Positions 49,201 to 59,513 are shown, counted from the first letter of the stretch. The stretch is 64,000 bases of DNA from Candidatus Subterrananammoxibius californiae (GCA_030586555.1 JAURAC010000007.1:1-64000), one strand, 5' to 3'. Program-made: numbers and translations. Notes: a model not told the origin generated them from the letters alone.

Positions 49201-52200
49201 CAAGTGCATATTATAAAAGAGGAGATTTACCCAAGGCGGAAGAGAACTTTAAAAAGGCTATTGAATTAGACGCCAATAACATCGCTGCTGCGAAAAATCT
49301 TGCACACCTCTATTTTGATAAGAAGGATTACAACCAGGCAATTTCTGCATGTGAAGCCGTCCTATTAAAGGATTGCAAGGATGCAGATGCATTAGTGCTT
49401 CTCAGCAATTGCTATTTTGAAATGAATGCTTACGAGGCTGCACTCATTGGATACGAAAAAGCATTAGAGCTTTCACCAAAACTTAAGGACGCAAAAAAAG
49501 GTCTATCTTTAGTAAAAGTAAGACTAAAAACTAATAAGAAATCAAAACCTTGCAGTCCCTCCTCTCCCCTACTCCTCAAGAAAGGTAGCATTAACGGAAA
49601 AAACAACAAAAAGATTAAAAATAAGGCTAAGTGCTCAATAATTGTTCCAACCTACAATAAGGTTGAATATACAAAGCAATGTCTCAAGTCTCTGTTTGAA
49701 AACACAGATTGTGAAAATTACGAGATTATTGTGGTTGATAACGCATCAACTGACGGTACGAAAGACTTCCTGAAAACCTTTAATGGAACAATTAATGTTA
49801 TAGCTAACAGTAATAACCTTGGGTTTGCAAAGGCATGTAATCAAGGGGCAAAAATAGCCACAGGAAAATATCTCGTCTTCCTGAATAACGATACTACACT
49901 GCATCCAGGCTGGCTAACAGAAATGGTTAAACTCATTGAAGCCGACGAACGTATTGCTATCGTAGGAAATAAGCAAATCTACCCTCCACAAAACATTTCA
50001 GTCGGAGGCATGATATGGCACGCAGGGGTTGTTATTAATGAAAACAGGGTTTCTCAGTGCATATATAACGGTTACGACCAGAACCATCCATTTACAAATA
50101 AAATCCGTGAATTTCCAGCCGTGGCAGGAAGTTGTATGCTCGTGCGTAAAGATGTTTTTGAAAAATTGAATGGGTTTGATGAGATATATTTGAACAGTCA
50201 TGAGGATATTGATTTTTGCCTCAGGGCACGCGAGATTGGATACAAGGTTATGTACTGTCCTAAAAGTGTGATTGAACATCATGTTTCCGTCAGCGAGGGC
50301 CGCCACGATAATGAATCAAAAAACGCAAAGATATTCAGAGAACGGTGGGTAAAGCGCCTTGCACCAGATGACTGGAAATATTACCGGGAGGATGCAAAAG
50401 AATTCCTTGATTCCTATAAATTCAGGAATCTACCTGCCAGCAGTAACGGTCACCAAGACATGCCCTTTATTGGCTTCCTGAGCACATACAACCAGAAGTG
50501 TGGATTAGCCACATACGCCCAGCAGTTGCTTGCCTACTACAACCCTTCGAAGGTGCTCATATTCGCAGAACATGGAAAAGACATACTGCCTGAGCCAGAC
50601 CCGATAAACCTTATAAGATGTTGGACCAGGCACAGCCCGGACTATCACTTCGTTGCAGAATTAGTAAGAAGACAAAATATGCCACTTATACACATCAACA
50701 ATCAACGTGGCCTATTAAGTGAACCCCTTGTTGATTTGATGAACCATCTCTACCAAGATGGCCGCCGCATCATCGTCACATTCCACAGTACAGTAAGATT
50801 CAACATGACGGAACGGGAATGTTTTAACTTTATTGACAAAGCCATCGTCCATACCCCTGAAAACAAACTTGAACTTATAGCTAATGGTTGTGATGAAAAG
50901 AAAATTGTTGTCATACCGCATGGTGTGCCTGTGGCTAAACTTGTTGATAAATATTCTGCAAGGCAAAAGTTAAATCTGCCTCAGGGTCAAAATATAATCA
51001 CATCGTTTGGGTTTGTTCAAGAAAGCAAGGGGATACATGAAATCATTGAGGCGGTAGCAAGGCTTAAAGCAAATGGTATCCCGGTCAAATATTTTATCTT
51101 AGGTACTTATCATCCGCACAATCAAGATTCAAAGATATATCTGGAGAAGTGTAAAGCCCTTGCACTGCGACTCGGAGTAGCAAACCTTGTAGCCTTCAAG
51201 GATGAATATCTATCAGATGATACCGTTCTACAGTATCTTCACGCCTCAGACGCCATTATTATGAATTACAAGTCTAACACATACGAGTCCTCTGGTGCTG
51301 CCGCCTTTGCAATATCTGCATGTAGGCCATTAATTACATCCAATGCACCGATGTTCGCAACCTATGGAGATGCCTGCCTGCATATAGGCGATGCCTACCC
51401 ACTTGAACTTGCAATATATAATGTGCTCAGCGACCCCTTCCTGAGAAATTGTCTTCAAAAGAATGCGCTTAAATTTATTGAGGAAAATAACTGGCAAAGA
51501 ATCGCTGAAAAACATCTCTCGTTATATGCTGAGGTAATGAATAAGACCAACCGAACCTCTTTTAATCTTCTTGAACGTTACGGCAGTCACCCTGATAATA
51601 TTTATGATGAAGATTTCCAGCGGGAAAGGATTGATTGGTTAAAATTCAGGGTAGAAGGACGCATTCTTGAGGTTGGTTGTGCAACCGGTTTCGTCTCGGA
51701 ATATGTGGGGGCATTTGCAGCGATGGACATTGATGAAGGACGCCTTGGCGTCTCTAATCGTTTGCGAAAATCATGCCGATTTATCAAGGCAGATGCAACA
51801 AAAGGAATCCCATTTAAAGACAAGTCATTCGATACGGTAATACTGGCAGAGGTACTCGAGCATGTTCCGTTTGATAAGTCAAAGACTATGCTTTCAGAAG
51901 CTATTCGTGTGGGTAAAAAAGTGTTAATAACTATTCCATACGATGGCGAAGCAAAACACGAGGAACTATCAAACAACACCGAGCACTTCTGGCTTGGAAA
52001 CGAAGAAAATGTTAAAGAACTTTTCTCAGACGTATCTAATGTTAAGCCAAAAATAGAATTTTCATCGAAAATGGACTTTATCTTGGTCTCACAAAAAGTG
52101 GGTTCCATTATGCCACGACCGCCATCAATAAGCACAAAATCAAAAAGGCACATCACGCCTGCTAAAACGAAAAGTAGCAAAGACACAAATCGAGACAGTT

Positions 52201-52358
52201 CTGTCAAGCAAAGTATTCACTGGTTAGGAGGACTCTTTGGACTCGATGGATATTCAAATGCAGCTCGAAATTATGCATTGGGACTCTCAGAAATTGGCGT
52301 AGATATATCCACTGAACCACTTTTTGACAACTGTCCTATTACAAAAGAATCGCAGTAA
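46200..52358 (+). CDS. Multidomain glycan-tailoring megaenzyme: B12-binding radical SAM, GT2, GT2-like, TPR, GT2, GT4, methyltransferase, GT4 N-terminal stub
   Basis: VGGPH/GEGE, SRGCPFQCTFC, GVESGS; ISVVMSVYN..DADD; AAHNEGD..HDADE; TPRs; SIIVPTYN..LNND..EDID; FGFVQESKG; LEVGCATG..EVLEH; start set at MSTKK. Confidence 0.92.
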   Translation: MSTKKCILLTTSAAPSQTPFSTSEKRSPIGIGFLISVLRNAGHEVFFIDNYLQPSDFLETDYLQRNKIDYVGIYANTICYRDTLRMFYRLEYLRRAGKWNGKIIVGGPHTTVALDTIPNFVDYVVQGEGERAIVDIVEDRVSNRVVWYPPIKNLDELPMPAWDYFVHLPYKWSIDWVEGQPIFTMNTSRGCPFQCTFCSVSSIWGKRYTYFNAERIVSDIEHLIKHYNAKGIYFREDNFTLNRNRLIKFCNLLIEKGINISWTCETRVNTLDREIVKLMYSAGARAFYFGVESGSQKILDFVKKGITTEQTRNAFKLCNEFGIKTAASVIVGVPTETEKDIKQTIKLIEEIKPTVTWYNVFVGIPDSGLCQYVKENKLYEFIDDRGLVYLKGHNERVKRFYGDSWNAHTPCNLTNPKISVVMSVYNGSNFLENSLKSILTQSYQDFEFIIINDASTDSTTKILKKIEDPRVRIITNPKNLGLTKSLNKGIEIARGKYIARMDADDISLPHRFETQLNFLEKNPDYALVGSSLYQIDDGGRTTSIINLPADDSSIKGRLRKGNQFGHGSVMIRKDVLLQSGKYNERFKYSQDYDLWLRIAETHKVANIGEPLYYWRLTKSCISTEKGAEQKYYADLATSEAQKRELVKSSQCNGKREFRVIAIIAAHNEGDVIYHVIGDLVKQGIEVYFINHCSTDNTVQEASKWLGKGLIHIENFPQDCNYPEQNKKEYIWSHILKRKQELAVSLDADWFIHHDADEFRESPWHGLSLREAIYVVDRSGYNAIDFALFNFHPTDDSFAPCTDVRETIKYYEQGEDFNKLQIKAWKKHKEPVDLITHGGHNVTFNDKKTYPIKFILRHYPIRSQSHGVKKVFQERKKRFNAQERRMNWHIQYNKVTTENYNFLHNASNLKLYDGNKVRLLLLSEQAYAIKQQLSTISAKEDSSLKKPAFVSHTSDVKTGLAASIMTRGKTLTQMGKLDEAIKEFEKLVNLHPDYSDGYVSLASAYYKRGDLPKAEENFKKAIELDANNIAAAKNLAHLYFDKKDYNQAISACEAVLLKDCKDADALVLLSNCYFEMNAYEAALIGYEKALELSPKLKDAKKGLSLVKVRLKTNKKSKPCSPSSPLLLKKGSINGKNNKKIKNKAKCSIIVPTYNKVEYTKQCLKSLFENTDCENYEIIVVDNASTDGTKDFLKTFNGTINVIANSNNLGFAKACNQGAKIATGKYLVFLNNDTTLHPGWLTEMVKLIEADERIAIVGNKQIYPPQNISVGGMIWHAGVVINENRVSQCIYNGYDQNHPFTNKIREFPAVAGSCMLVRKDVFEKLNGFDEIYLNSHEDIDFCLRAREIGYKVMYCPKSVIEHHVSVSEGRHDNESKNAKIFRERWVKRLAPDDWKYYREDAKEFLDSYKFRNLPASSNGHQDMPFIGFLSTYNQKCGLATYAQQLLAYYNPSKVLIFAEHGKDILPEPDPINLIRCWTRHSPDYHFVAELVRRQNMPLIHINNQRGLLSEPLVDLMNHLYQDGRRIIVTFHSTVRFNMTERECFNFIDKAIVHTPENKLELIANGCDEKKIVVIPHGVPVAKLVDKYSARQKLNLPQGQNIITSFGFVQESKGIHEIIEAVARLKANGIPVKYFILGTYHPHNQDSKIYLEKCKALALRLGVANLVAFKDEYLSDDTVLQYLHASDAIIMNYKSNTYESSGAAAFAISACRPLITSNAPMFATYGDACLHIGDAYPLELAIYNVLSDPFLRNCLQKNALKFIEENNWQRIAEKHLSLYAEVMNKTNRTSFNLLERYGSHPDNIYDEDFQRERIDWLKFRVEGRILEVGCATGFVSEYVGAFAAMDIDEGRLGVSNRLRKSCRFIKADATKGIPFKDKSFDTVILAEVLEHVPFDKSKTMLSEAIRVGKKVLITIPYDGEAKHEELSNNTEHFWLGNEENVKELFSDVSNVKPKIEFSSKMDFILVSQKVGSIMPRPPSISTKSKRHITPAKTKSSKDTNRDSSVKQSIHWLGGLFGLDGYSNAARNYALGLSEIGVDISTEPLFDNCPITKESQ

Positions 52359-52391
52359 TATCAGGTTTATTACACCTATGGTGACTAAAAT

Positions 52392-55300
52392 ATGAAAAAA
52401 CATAGCTTACTTATCACCGATAAGAATGGGAAACCAGGTAGATATACAATTGAAAGTCCAGTTGATGACGAAACATTTAATAAACTAATAGGGCTTGCCC
52501 ACCCATCGAAACAAAGCCCGATATATGTATGTCACTATATCCCGGTTAGCATAAAGGGGCTTGATTTCTACAGGCTCTTTCGCCAGCTTAAACCTGTAAT
52601 GAAATATTATGTCGGGTACACTACTTTTGAGACCGACAGCATTCCAAATACATGGGTTGATTCTTGTAACCAGATGGATGAGATATGGGTACCAAGCACA
52701 TTCAATCAAAAAACCTTTTGTAAGGCTGGGGTTGACCCAGAAAAAATCTTTGTTATTCCGCATGGTGTAAATCCATCTCTCTTCAATTTGGACCGTGTTA
52801 GGCCCATAATATATGGTAAACCAGCCGGATTTACTTTCCTTTCTATATTCGAGTTCACTTATCGAAAAGGCTGGGATGTGCTTATAAAGGCATATCTCGA
52901 GGAGTTTACGCCTGGTGAGGATGTGCGTTTAATCATTAAAACCCACCGGGGGGCTGCGGTTCTTCAGGAAGAAAAAGGTTCCGTAAAGGATATTTTAAAT
53001 AATTATATTTTAAGCATTGGATTTAACCCTGAAAATACTCCCCCAATCATAATCGTGGAAGAGCCAATCCCACTTGAACAGATGCCGAGTTTTTACAAAA
53101 TGGCAAATGCCTTTATCCTACCCACCAGAGGCGAGGGATGGGGTATACCGCTTGCCGAGTCAATGCTTATGGGTCTGCCTACTATAGCAACACGCTGGGG
53201 TGGCCAGCTTGATTTTATGAACGACGACAACTCTTACTTAATAGATGTAAAAGGCCTTGTTCCTGTATCCCAGGAACAGATAAAGGATAATCCATTCTAT
53301 ACTGGCCATAATTGGGCAGAGCCATCGGTAAAACATACACGCCAGCTTATGAGATTCGTTTTTGAAAATCGCAAGAATGCAATTAAAACTGGAGATAAAG
53401 CCAGAGAAGACATATTAAACAATTGGACACACATTCATGCCGCAAAAAAGATTAGTAAAAGGATAAGCGAAATAGAGAAAAAGTTCCCTATCGCAAGAAA
53501 ATCAGATTCAATTGTAAGAACAAAACGTGACTTGGCAGTTATATGGAATGGAGTAATATTTGATGAAAGCGGTTATGCTGATGAGGCAAGGAATCTTATT
53601 ACTAATTTAGACAGTCTGGGAGTTACCATAAAGATTAGCCAGATTGGATTAGCCTCTCCCCATTTCATTACAAAAATGAATTCTACCACAAGAGAAACGC
53701 TTTTTCGCTTTATGTTTGAGAAAATCCCTGACAAGTTTATAAGTATAGTGCAGATTCCAGCACATAGTTTCTTCATTAATCCAAATGCGAGGCGCAACAT
53801 TGGTCGTACGCTCTTTGAGAGCGACCGTTTGCCTCCCTTGTGGGTAAAAAACTGTAATGTAATGGACGAGGTATGGGTAGCAAGTGATTTTAATATACAG
53901 ACTTTTGCAAAAAGCGGCGTTGAGCTGTCTAAACTATATAAAATTCCAGAGGGCATTGACCTTGAGTTTTACAATCCTAATGTTGCTCCACTTAAATTGC
54001 CGGAAAGGCGTGGTTTTAACTTCCTTTCAATCTTTGCATGGCAGTACAGAAAGGGATGGGATATTCTCTTAAGGGCTTACATTGAGGAATTTGATAAATC
54101 GGAAGATGTTTGTCTTACCCTGCGGGCTTACCCTTTCGACCCACGCCAGAAGGCTCAAGCGGAAAATATTATTAATACAAAAATTAAGGACTTTGTAACA
54201 AGGGTGATGCACCGCAATATAAAAGACATTCCCTCCATTTCTCTCCTCAGTGACATAGTTCCCATTGAGCAAATGCCGCAACTATACAAGGCTGCAGATG
54301 CATTCGTTCTACCCTCTCGCGGCGAGGGTTGGGGAAGGCCGTATATGGAGGCAATGGCAATGGAACTGCCAACCATTGGCACCAGATGGAGTGGTAATCT
54401 GGAGTTCATGAACGATGCTAATTCATTTCTCATTGATATTGAAGGTCTTGTTGAAGCTCCTCCTGATACCGATGTTGATTATTTCGCAGGTCACAAATTT
54501 GCAGAGCCTTCAGTGAAGCATTTGCAAAGGTTGATGCGATATGTTTTTGAAAATCGTAAAGTAGCAAAACAAAAGGCACAAAAGGCTCGTGCCTTTTTTG
54601 CCGAGAACTACACATGGCAAAAGGTTGCCCAGATGATTGTGGACCGTTTGACCGAGGAGAACCCCTCTTATACAGTTAAGCCACTTGGCGTTACACCCTC
54701 TTGTACGACCAGGACATTTAGAGTTGCATGGGAGGGCTCCCAATTCGTAAACCACAGTCTGGCGCTTATTAACCGAGAATTAACCATTGCTTTAACCAAA
54801 TCACAGAAATGCGACCTTAACCTCGCCCCATACGAAGCGCATCAATTTGGAAAAGAGGCTGACCCGGAGCGCTTCAGCATAATTGAAGAAAGGTTAAATA
54901 AAGTCCCATCAAAGCCTGTAGAATTTCATGTCCGTCATCAGTACCCACCTAATTTTAATCCTCCAGAATCAGGGTACTGGATTAACATTCAACCCTGGGA
55001 ATTTGGAAGTTTGCTGAAAACATGGATTAAGCCGATGCAAAACCTGATGGACGAATTATGGGTCCCGAGCAATCACGTACGAAGGTGTTATATTGACAGC
55101 GGAATTAATCCTGAAAAGGTATTTGTTATACCTAACGGCGTCAATACTAATGCGTTTAATCCTAAAGTCCAACCCATGAAGCTCAACGCGAAGAAGTCCT
55201 TCAAATTTCTTTTTGTAGGCGGCACAATCTGGCGAAAGGGGATTGATATACTGCTTGAATCATACGTGCGGTCTTTTACCAGTAACGATAACGTTTGCCT

Positions 55301-55883
55301 AGTAATAAAGGATATGGGACGAGATAGTTTTTACAAAGGTCAAGACGCCTCGAAGATAATAAGTGCTATCCAAGCGACACCCAACGCCCCTGAAATTTTA
55401 TACCTTACTGAAGATATTCCTGTAGGAAAGATAGCAGGATTATATACAGCCTGTGATTGCCTTGTGCATCCTTACAGAGGGGAAGGCTTTGGTTTGCCAG
55501 TGGCTGAGGCTATGGCATGCGGCCTGCCTGTCATTGTAACAAAGGGTGGAGCGACTGATGATTTCTGCACATCTGAAACTGCATATCAGATACATGCAAA
55601 GGTAATATATTTCAGTAAAAAAGAGTTTGTTGGTCAGGGATGGGTATTAGACCCGGACAGGATTGCTCTTTCTGAACAAATGAAATACGTTTTTGAAAAT
55701 CGAGATGAAGCAAGACTTAAAGGATTAAAGGCAAGCAAGTATATCAAGGAGAGCCTGACATGGGAAAAAGCTGCCGATATGATTATTGAAAGATTCGCTG
55801 CGTTACCCAGTAAACCTATATTACGGCACTCTGAAAAACCGGCTGAAATTCCTAACAAAAGGGTTGTCTTAAGTCATGCGTAA
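52392..55883 (+). CDS. Triple GT4 (GT-B) glycosyltransferase
   Basis: Three modules, each with DE.WV.S, RKG.D.L and RGEG(W/F)G.P..E.M; the first lacks the N-terminal W.G strand-helix. Confidence 0.92.
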   Translation: MKKHSLLITDKNGKPGRYTIESPVDDETFNKLIGLAHPSKQSPIYVCHYIPVSIKGLDFYRLFRQLKPVMKYYVGYTTFETDSIPNTWVDSCNQMDEIWVPSTFNQKTFCKAGVDPEKIFVIPHGVNPSLFNLDRVRPIIYGKPAGFTFLSIFEFTYRKGWDVLIKAYLEEFTPGEDVRLIIKTHRGAAVLQEEKGSVKDILNNYILSIGFNPENTPPIIIVEEPIPLEQMPSFYKMANAFILPTRGEGWGIPLAESMLMGLPTIATRWGGQLDFMNDDNSYLIDVKGLVPVSQEQIKDNPFYTGHNWAEPSVKHTRQLMRFVFENRKNAIKTGDKAREDILNNWTHIHAAKKISKRISEIEKKFPIARKSDSIVRTKRDLAVIWNGVIFDESGYADEARNLITNLDSLGVTIKISQIGLASPHFITKMNSTTRETLFRFMFEKIPDKFISIVQIPAHSFFINPNARRNIGRTLFESDRLPPLWVKNCNVMDEVWVASDFNIQTFAKSGVELSKLYKIPEGIDLEFYNPNVAPLKLPERRGFNFLSIFAWQYRKGWDILLRAYIEEFDKSEDVCLTLRAYPFDPRQKAQAENIINTKIKDFVTRVMHRNIKDIPSISLLSDIVPIEQMPQLYKAADAFVLPSRGEGWGRPYMEAMAMELPTIGTRWSGNLEFMNDANSFLIDIEGLVEAPPDTDVDYFAGHKFAEPSVKHLQRLMRYVFENRKVAKQKAQKARAFFAENYTWQKVAQMIVDRLTEENPSYTVKPLGVTPSCTTRTFRVAWEGSQFVNHSLALINRELTIALTKSQKCDLNLAPYEAHQFGKEADPERFSIIEERLNKVPSKPVEFHVRHQYPPNFNPPESGYWINIQPWEFGSLLKTWIKPMQNLMDELWVPSNHVRRCYIDSGINPEKVFVIPNGVNTNAFNPKVQPMKLNAKKSFKFLFVGGTIWRKGIDILLESYVRSFTSNDNVCLVIKDMGRDSFYKGQDASKIISAIQATPNAPEILYLTEDIPVGKIAGLYTACDCLVHPYRGEGFGLPVAEAMACGLPVIVTKGGATDDFCTSETAYQIHAKVIYFSKKEFVGQGWVLDPDRIALSEQMKYVFENRDEARLKGLKASKYIKESLTWEKAADMIIERFAALPSKPILRHSEKPAEIPNKRVVLSHA

Positions 55884-57141
55884 GAAAAACACTGCCCATT
55901 ATCAATGGGCACCCGAAACCATATCCCTTTGCATGATTGTCAAGGATGAAGCACAAAACCTACCGCAATGTCTGGAAAGCGTAAGGGGCATAGTGGATGA
56001 GATAGTTATCCTGGACACTGGATCAAGTGATGCCACTGTGAAAATATCAAACAAATATGGGGCAAGGATTCTTCACCATCCATGGAATGGGAATTTTGGC
56101 GACATGAGAAACTACGCTCTCAAACATCCCTCAGGAGCTTGGATTCTACAATTGGATGCCGACGAAAGATTGGTTCCTGAAGATGTTCAATTCATTAAGG
56201 AGGCAATAAAAAATAAAGGTGTTAATAGTGTCTTTTGTAATATTATTAATATTAAAGGCTCACTAATCGGGCATACTCAATTCTATAGCCAAAGGCTGTT
56301 CAGGAATGGTGCGGGGGCTTTTTACGAGGGGGCAGTTCATGAAACATTGCGGATTAAGGGCAACGCTCTGTTCCCTTCCAACATACGCATAATTCATCAC
56401 GGTTATAATTTAGACGAAGCACAAATGATTGCTAAAAGCAAGAGAAACGCATCCATTCTGGAAAGACAAATAATGAAGAATCCCCACGATACCAGTTCTT
56501 TCCTTCATCTATCAAAATGTTACTTTGCACAAGGCCTTTACGAACTGACAATACTTGCCGGGAAAAAAGTATTAGAAAACATTGATATAAGAACAATAAG
56601 AATTAACCCGGAGATAGAGGTATTTATGATAATGGCATTTGCCTACGTTCGCAAACACGACCTTGATGCGGCGGAGCGGATGTGCCAGTGCGCCATAGAA
56701 ATTGATCACGATTACATAGACCCTGCCTTCTTCATGGGAAAACTCTGTTACGATACGAAAAGATACGGGCAGGCAATTATATGGCTCAAACAATACAAAG
56801 AACTAAGAGAAGAATTAAAGAAAATACCAAGGTTTGACTTTAAGGAAACATATTTTATGGATGTTGCTTATGATGCGCACTTAACATTAGGCTCGTGCTA
56901 TCTTGAGGTCGGTAAATTTGAAAAAGCAGAAAAAGAGTTTTTAAATGCAATTGAACAAAATCCTGAATCTGCAGAGGCATACAACGGCCTTGCCGTTGCG
57001 CTTGAACTGCAGGAAAGACACGATGAAGCGTTTATTAATTGTGTTAAGGCAATTGATTTAAAACCAGGATATACGGATGCGCAAGAAAACCTCCGACTAA
57101 TTCATAATAAACTGAAGCGCTATGAAACAATAAAAATATGA
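55876..57141 (+). CDS. GT2-TPR glycosyltransferase
   Basis: [24 protein letters not shown]; TPRs. Confidence 0.93.
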   Translation: MRKKNTAHYQWAPETISLCMIVKDEAQNLPQCLESVRGIVDEIVILDTGSSDATVKISNKYGARILHHPWNGNFGDMRNYALKHPSGAWILQLDADERLVPEDVQFIKEAIKNKGVNSVFCNIINIKGSLIGHTQFYSQRLFRNGAGAFYEGAVHETLRIKGNALFPSNIRIIHHGYNLDEAQMIAKSKRNASILERQIMKNPHDTSSFLHLSKCYFAQGLYELTILAGKKVLENIDIRTIRINPEIEVFMIMAFAYVRKHDLDAAERMCQCAIEIDHDYIDPAFFMGKLCYDTKRYGQAIIWLKQYKELREELKKIPRFDFKETYFMDVAYDAHLTLGSCYLEVGKFEKAEKEFLNAIEQNPESAEAYNGLAVALELQERHDEAFINCVKAIDLKPGYTDAQENLRLIHNKLKRYETIKI

Positions 57142-58247
57142 AGAACCTGTCCGTGAATAAAGTAAAGGACTTAAAAGCACGTTCTGGGGACGTACTTTTA
57201 ACGAAATCATTTAAGAAAACTACTATTTCACTGTGCATGATTGTAAAAAATGAGGCTGAACAGCTTTCACGTTGCCTTGAAAGTGTAAAAGACCTTGTTG
57301 AAGAAATCATTATCGTTGATACTGGCTCCACAGATAATACCATTAAAATAGCAGAAGCATACGGAGCAAAGACGTTTCATCACCCATGGATGGATAATTT
57401 TAGTGAAGCAAGAAATTTTGCTTTAAAACATGCAACGTGCGACTGGATTCTTTCCCTTGATGCCGATGAAGAGTTAAAGAAAGAAGATATTAATTTAGTC
57501 AAGGAGGTTATTAAAAATGACGGGGTAGATGGGGTTCGATGCATAATACACAGCACATCAAAAAGTACTACTGCCCTGACAAAATCGTATTTTCCAAGAC
57601 TGTTTCGAAACGGTAGGGGAATTTATTATGAAGGAACCGTCCACGAAAGACCCATAATTGCCGGTAAAACGCTTGCTTCTAATATCCGTATTATTCATCA
57701 TGGTTACGCCCTCGATAAGAATAAAATGACAGCCAAGCTTAGTGCATACACACATCTCCTGCAAAAACAATTAAAAGCGGAACCAGATAATCCAACAACA
57801 CATTTTTATTTAGCCAAGACTTATTACATACAAGAACTGCACGAACTTGCTTTACGAGAGGGGAAAGAAGTTATAAAGCTTCTTCCCGATGGTATTATAA
57901 AAGTAAGACCCGAATTGGAAATATATTTAATCCTGGCATGTACGCTATTTGAAACAGGCAATCCTCAAGCAGCGGAGGAGATGTTCTTAAAGGCATTCGA
58001 GCTAAAACCGAACTATATAGACCCTCCCTTTTTCCTTGGTAAGATGTATTTCAGCATGAAAAGATATGAGGATTCTGCCTTGTATTTACAAAAATACTTT
58101 CAGATTAGAAAGCACTTAGAAACAAATCCTGATGTTAATGATTTAGTCTTGCACTCCTTAATGGGAAGCGATGAAGCGCAATTCATGCTAAATATTATTT
58201 ACAAGAAAACAAAAGATTTATGCAGACAACAGTTTCATTGTGTATGA
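57138..58247 (+). CDS. GT2-TPR glycosyltransferase
   Basis: ISLCMIVKNE, DTGSTD, LDADE, VHE; TPRs. Confidence 0.93.
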   Translation: MKNLSVNKVKDLKARSGDVLLTKSFKKTTISLCMIVKNEAEQLSRCLESVKDLVEEIIIVDTGSTDNTIKIAEAYGAKTFHHPWMDNFSEARNFALKHATCDWILSLDADEELKKEDINLVKEVIKNDGVDGVRCIIHSTSKSTTALTKSYFPRLFRNGRGIYYEGTVHERPIIAGKTLASNIRIIHHGYALDKNKMTAKLSAYTHLLQKQLKAEPDNPTTHFYLAKTYYIQELHELALREGKEVIKLLPDGIIKVRPELEIYLILACTLFETGNPQAAEEMFLKAFELKPNYIDPPFFLGKMYFSMKRYEDSALYLQKYFQIRKHLETNPDVNDLVLHSLMGSDEAQFMLNIIYKKTKDLCRQQFHCV

Positions 58248-59509
58248 TAATCAGGAACGAAGAAAATTTCCTTTCTGGATGCCTTGAAAGCGTTAAACAC
58301 CTGGTTAATGAAATGATAATTGTGGATACAGGCTCAACAGACGGGAGTGTAGAGATTGCAAAACGCTACGGGGCAAAGATATTCCATCACCGATGGAATA
58401 ACGATTTCAGTGAGGCAAGGAACCATGCCCTGCAACATGCTAAAGGGGATTGGGTTCTTCATCTCGATGCAGATGAGGAATTAAAAAAAGAGGATATTTC
58501 ACTGGTAAAAGAAATAATAAAAGATAAAGATACCAACGGTGTTCAATGCGTAATTTATAACGTGCAAAAAGATTCTTCTGATTTTCTAATTTCGTACTTC
58601 TTCAGGTTATTCAGAAACAATATAGGAGTTTCTTATAGCGGACTAATCCATGAAACACCAATCATTCCAGGTAAACTATCGCACTCGAACATCAGAATTA
58701 TTCATTATGGCTATGCCTCATCAAAAGAAGGATTGAAAGATAAATGTGAACGAAACGTTAGACTACTGAGAAAACAATTAATAGACAGCCCAGATGACCC
58801 ATTTATACATTTTCATTTAGCAAAAACCTACTATCAACTCAAAACGTTTGATATGGCATTGGCCGAGGGCGAAGAGGTATTAAGACTGATGCCTATAACC
58901 GCTTTTAAAACAAGGCCTGAGTTAGAAATATTTGTGCTTATGGCATGCGTCCAGTTTAACAAGGGTAACTTTTTAGATGCTGAAAGGATGTGCCTTGAGG
59001 CAATAAGAATTAATCCAAATTATCTCGACCCTTATTTCTTCCTTGGTCATGTATATCTTAAACAGGGAGATTTTGAGAAAGCTATCCTGTATTATGAAAA
59101 ATACCAAAAGAAAAGAAAGCCGTTTGAAGAAGGACTGGAGTTTAATTGTGTTGGTTTACATTCTCTCACGAGACAACATGAGGTTTACTTTGCCCTCGGT
59201 TTAATCTACGAAAGAGAAAAGAATTATCAAAAGGCTATTGAAAAATACTTTAAGGCGCTTGAAACTAACCCTCGTTATGCCGAGGCTTACAATGGTCTTG
59301 CGACAGCTTACTTTGCCCAAAATGAGATTGACAATGCAATAATAATGCTCGAAAAGGCTATATCCGTAAAACCAAACTACGCCATGGCGCATAAAAATCT
59401 TGGAGTAATTTATGCCAAACAAAACAAGTTCAAACTTGCAGCGGAAACGTTTGAAAAGGCAATCCAAATCATCTCAGGAAATCAAAAAACCCAAAAAGAA
59501 TACGTCTAA
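58220..59509 (+). CDS. GT2-TPR glycosyltransferase
   Basis: VSLCMIIRNE, DTGSTD, LDADE, IHE; TPRs. Confidence 0.93.
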   Translation: MQTTVSLCMIIRNEENFLSGCLESVKHLVNEMIIVDTGSTDGSVEIAKRYGAKIFHHRWNNDFSEARNHALQHAKGDWVLHLDADEELKKEDISLVKEIIKDKDTNGVQCVIYNVQKDSSDFLISYFFRLFRNNIGVSYSGLIHETPIIPGKLSHSNIRIIHYGYASSKEGLKDKCERNVRLLRKQLIDSPDDPFIHFHLAKTYYQLKTFDMALAEGEEVLRLMPITAFKTRPELEIFVLMACVQFNKGNFLDAERMCLEAIRINPNYLDPYFFLGHVYLKQGDFEKAILYYEKYQKKRKPFEEGLEFNCVGLHSLTRQHEVYFALGLIYEREKNYQKAIEKYFKALETNPRYAEAYNGLATAYFAQNEIDNAIIMLEKAISVKPNYAMAHKNLGVIYAKQNKFKLAAETFEKAIQIISGNQKTQKEYV

Positions 59510-59513
59510 AAAG

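Noticed and set aside
52356..52391. Stop-codon readthrough or recoding joining the two giant GT genes
   Set aside because: Two consecutive in-frame TAA codons make readthrough implausible, and TAA terminates many other genes here
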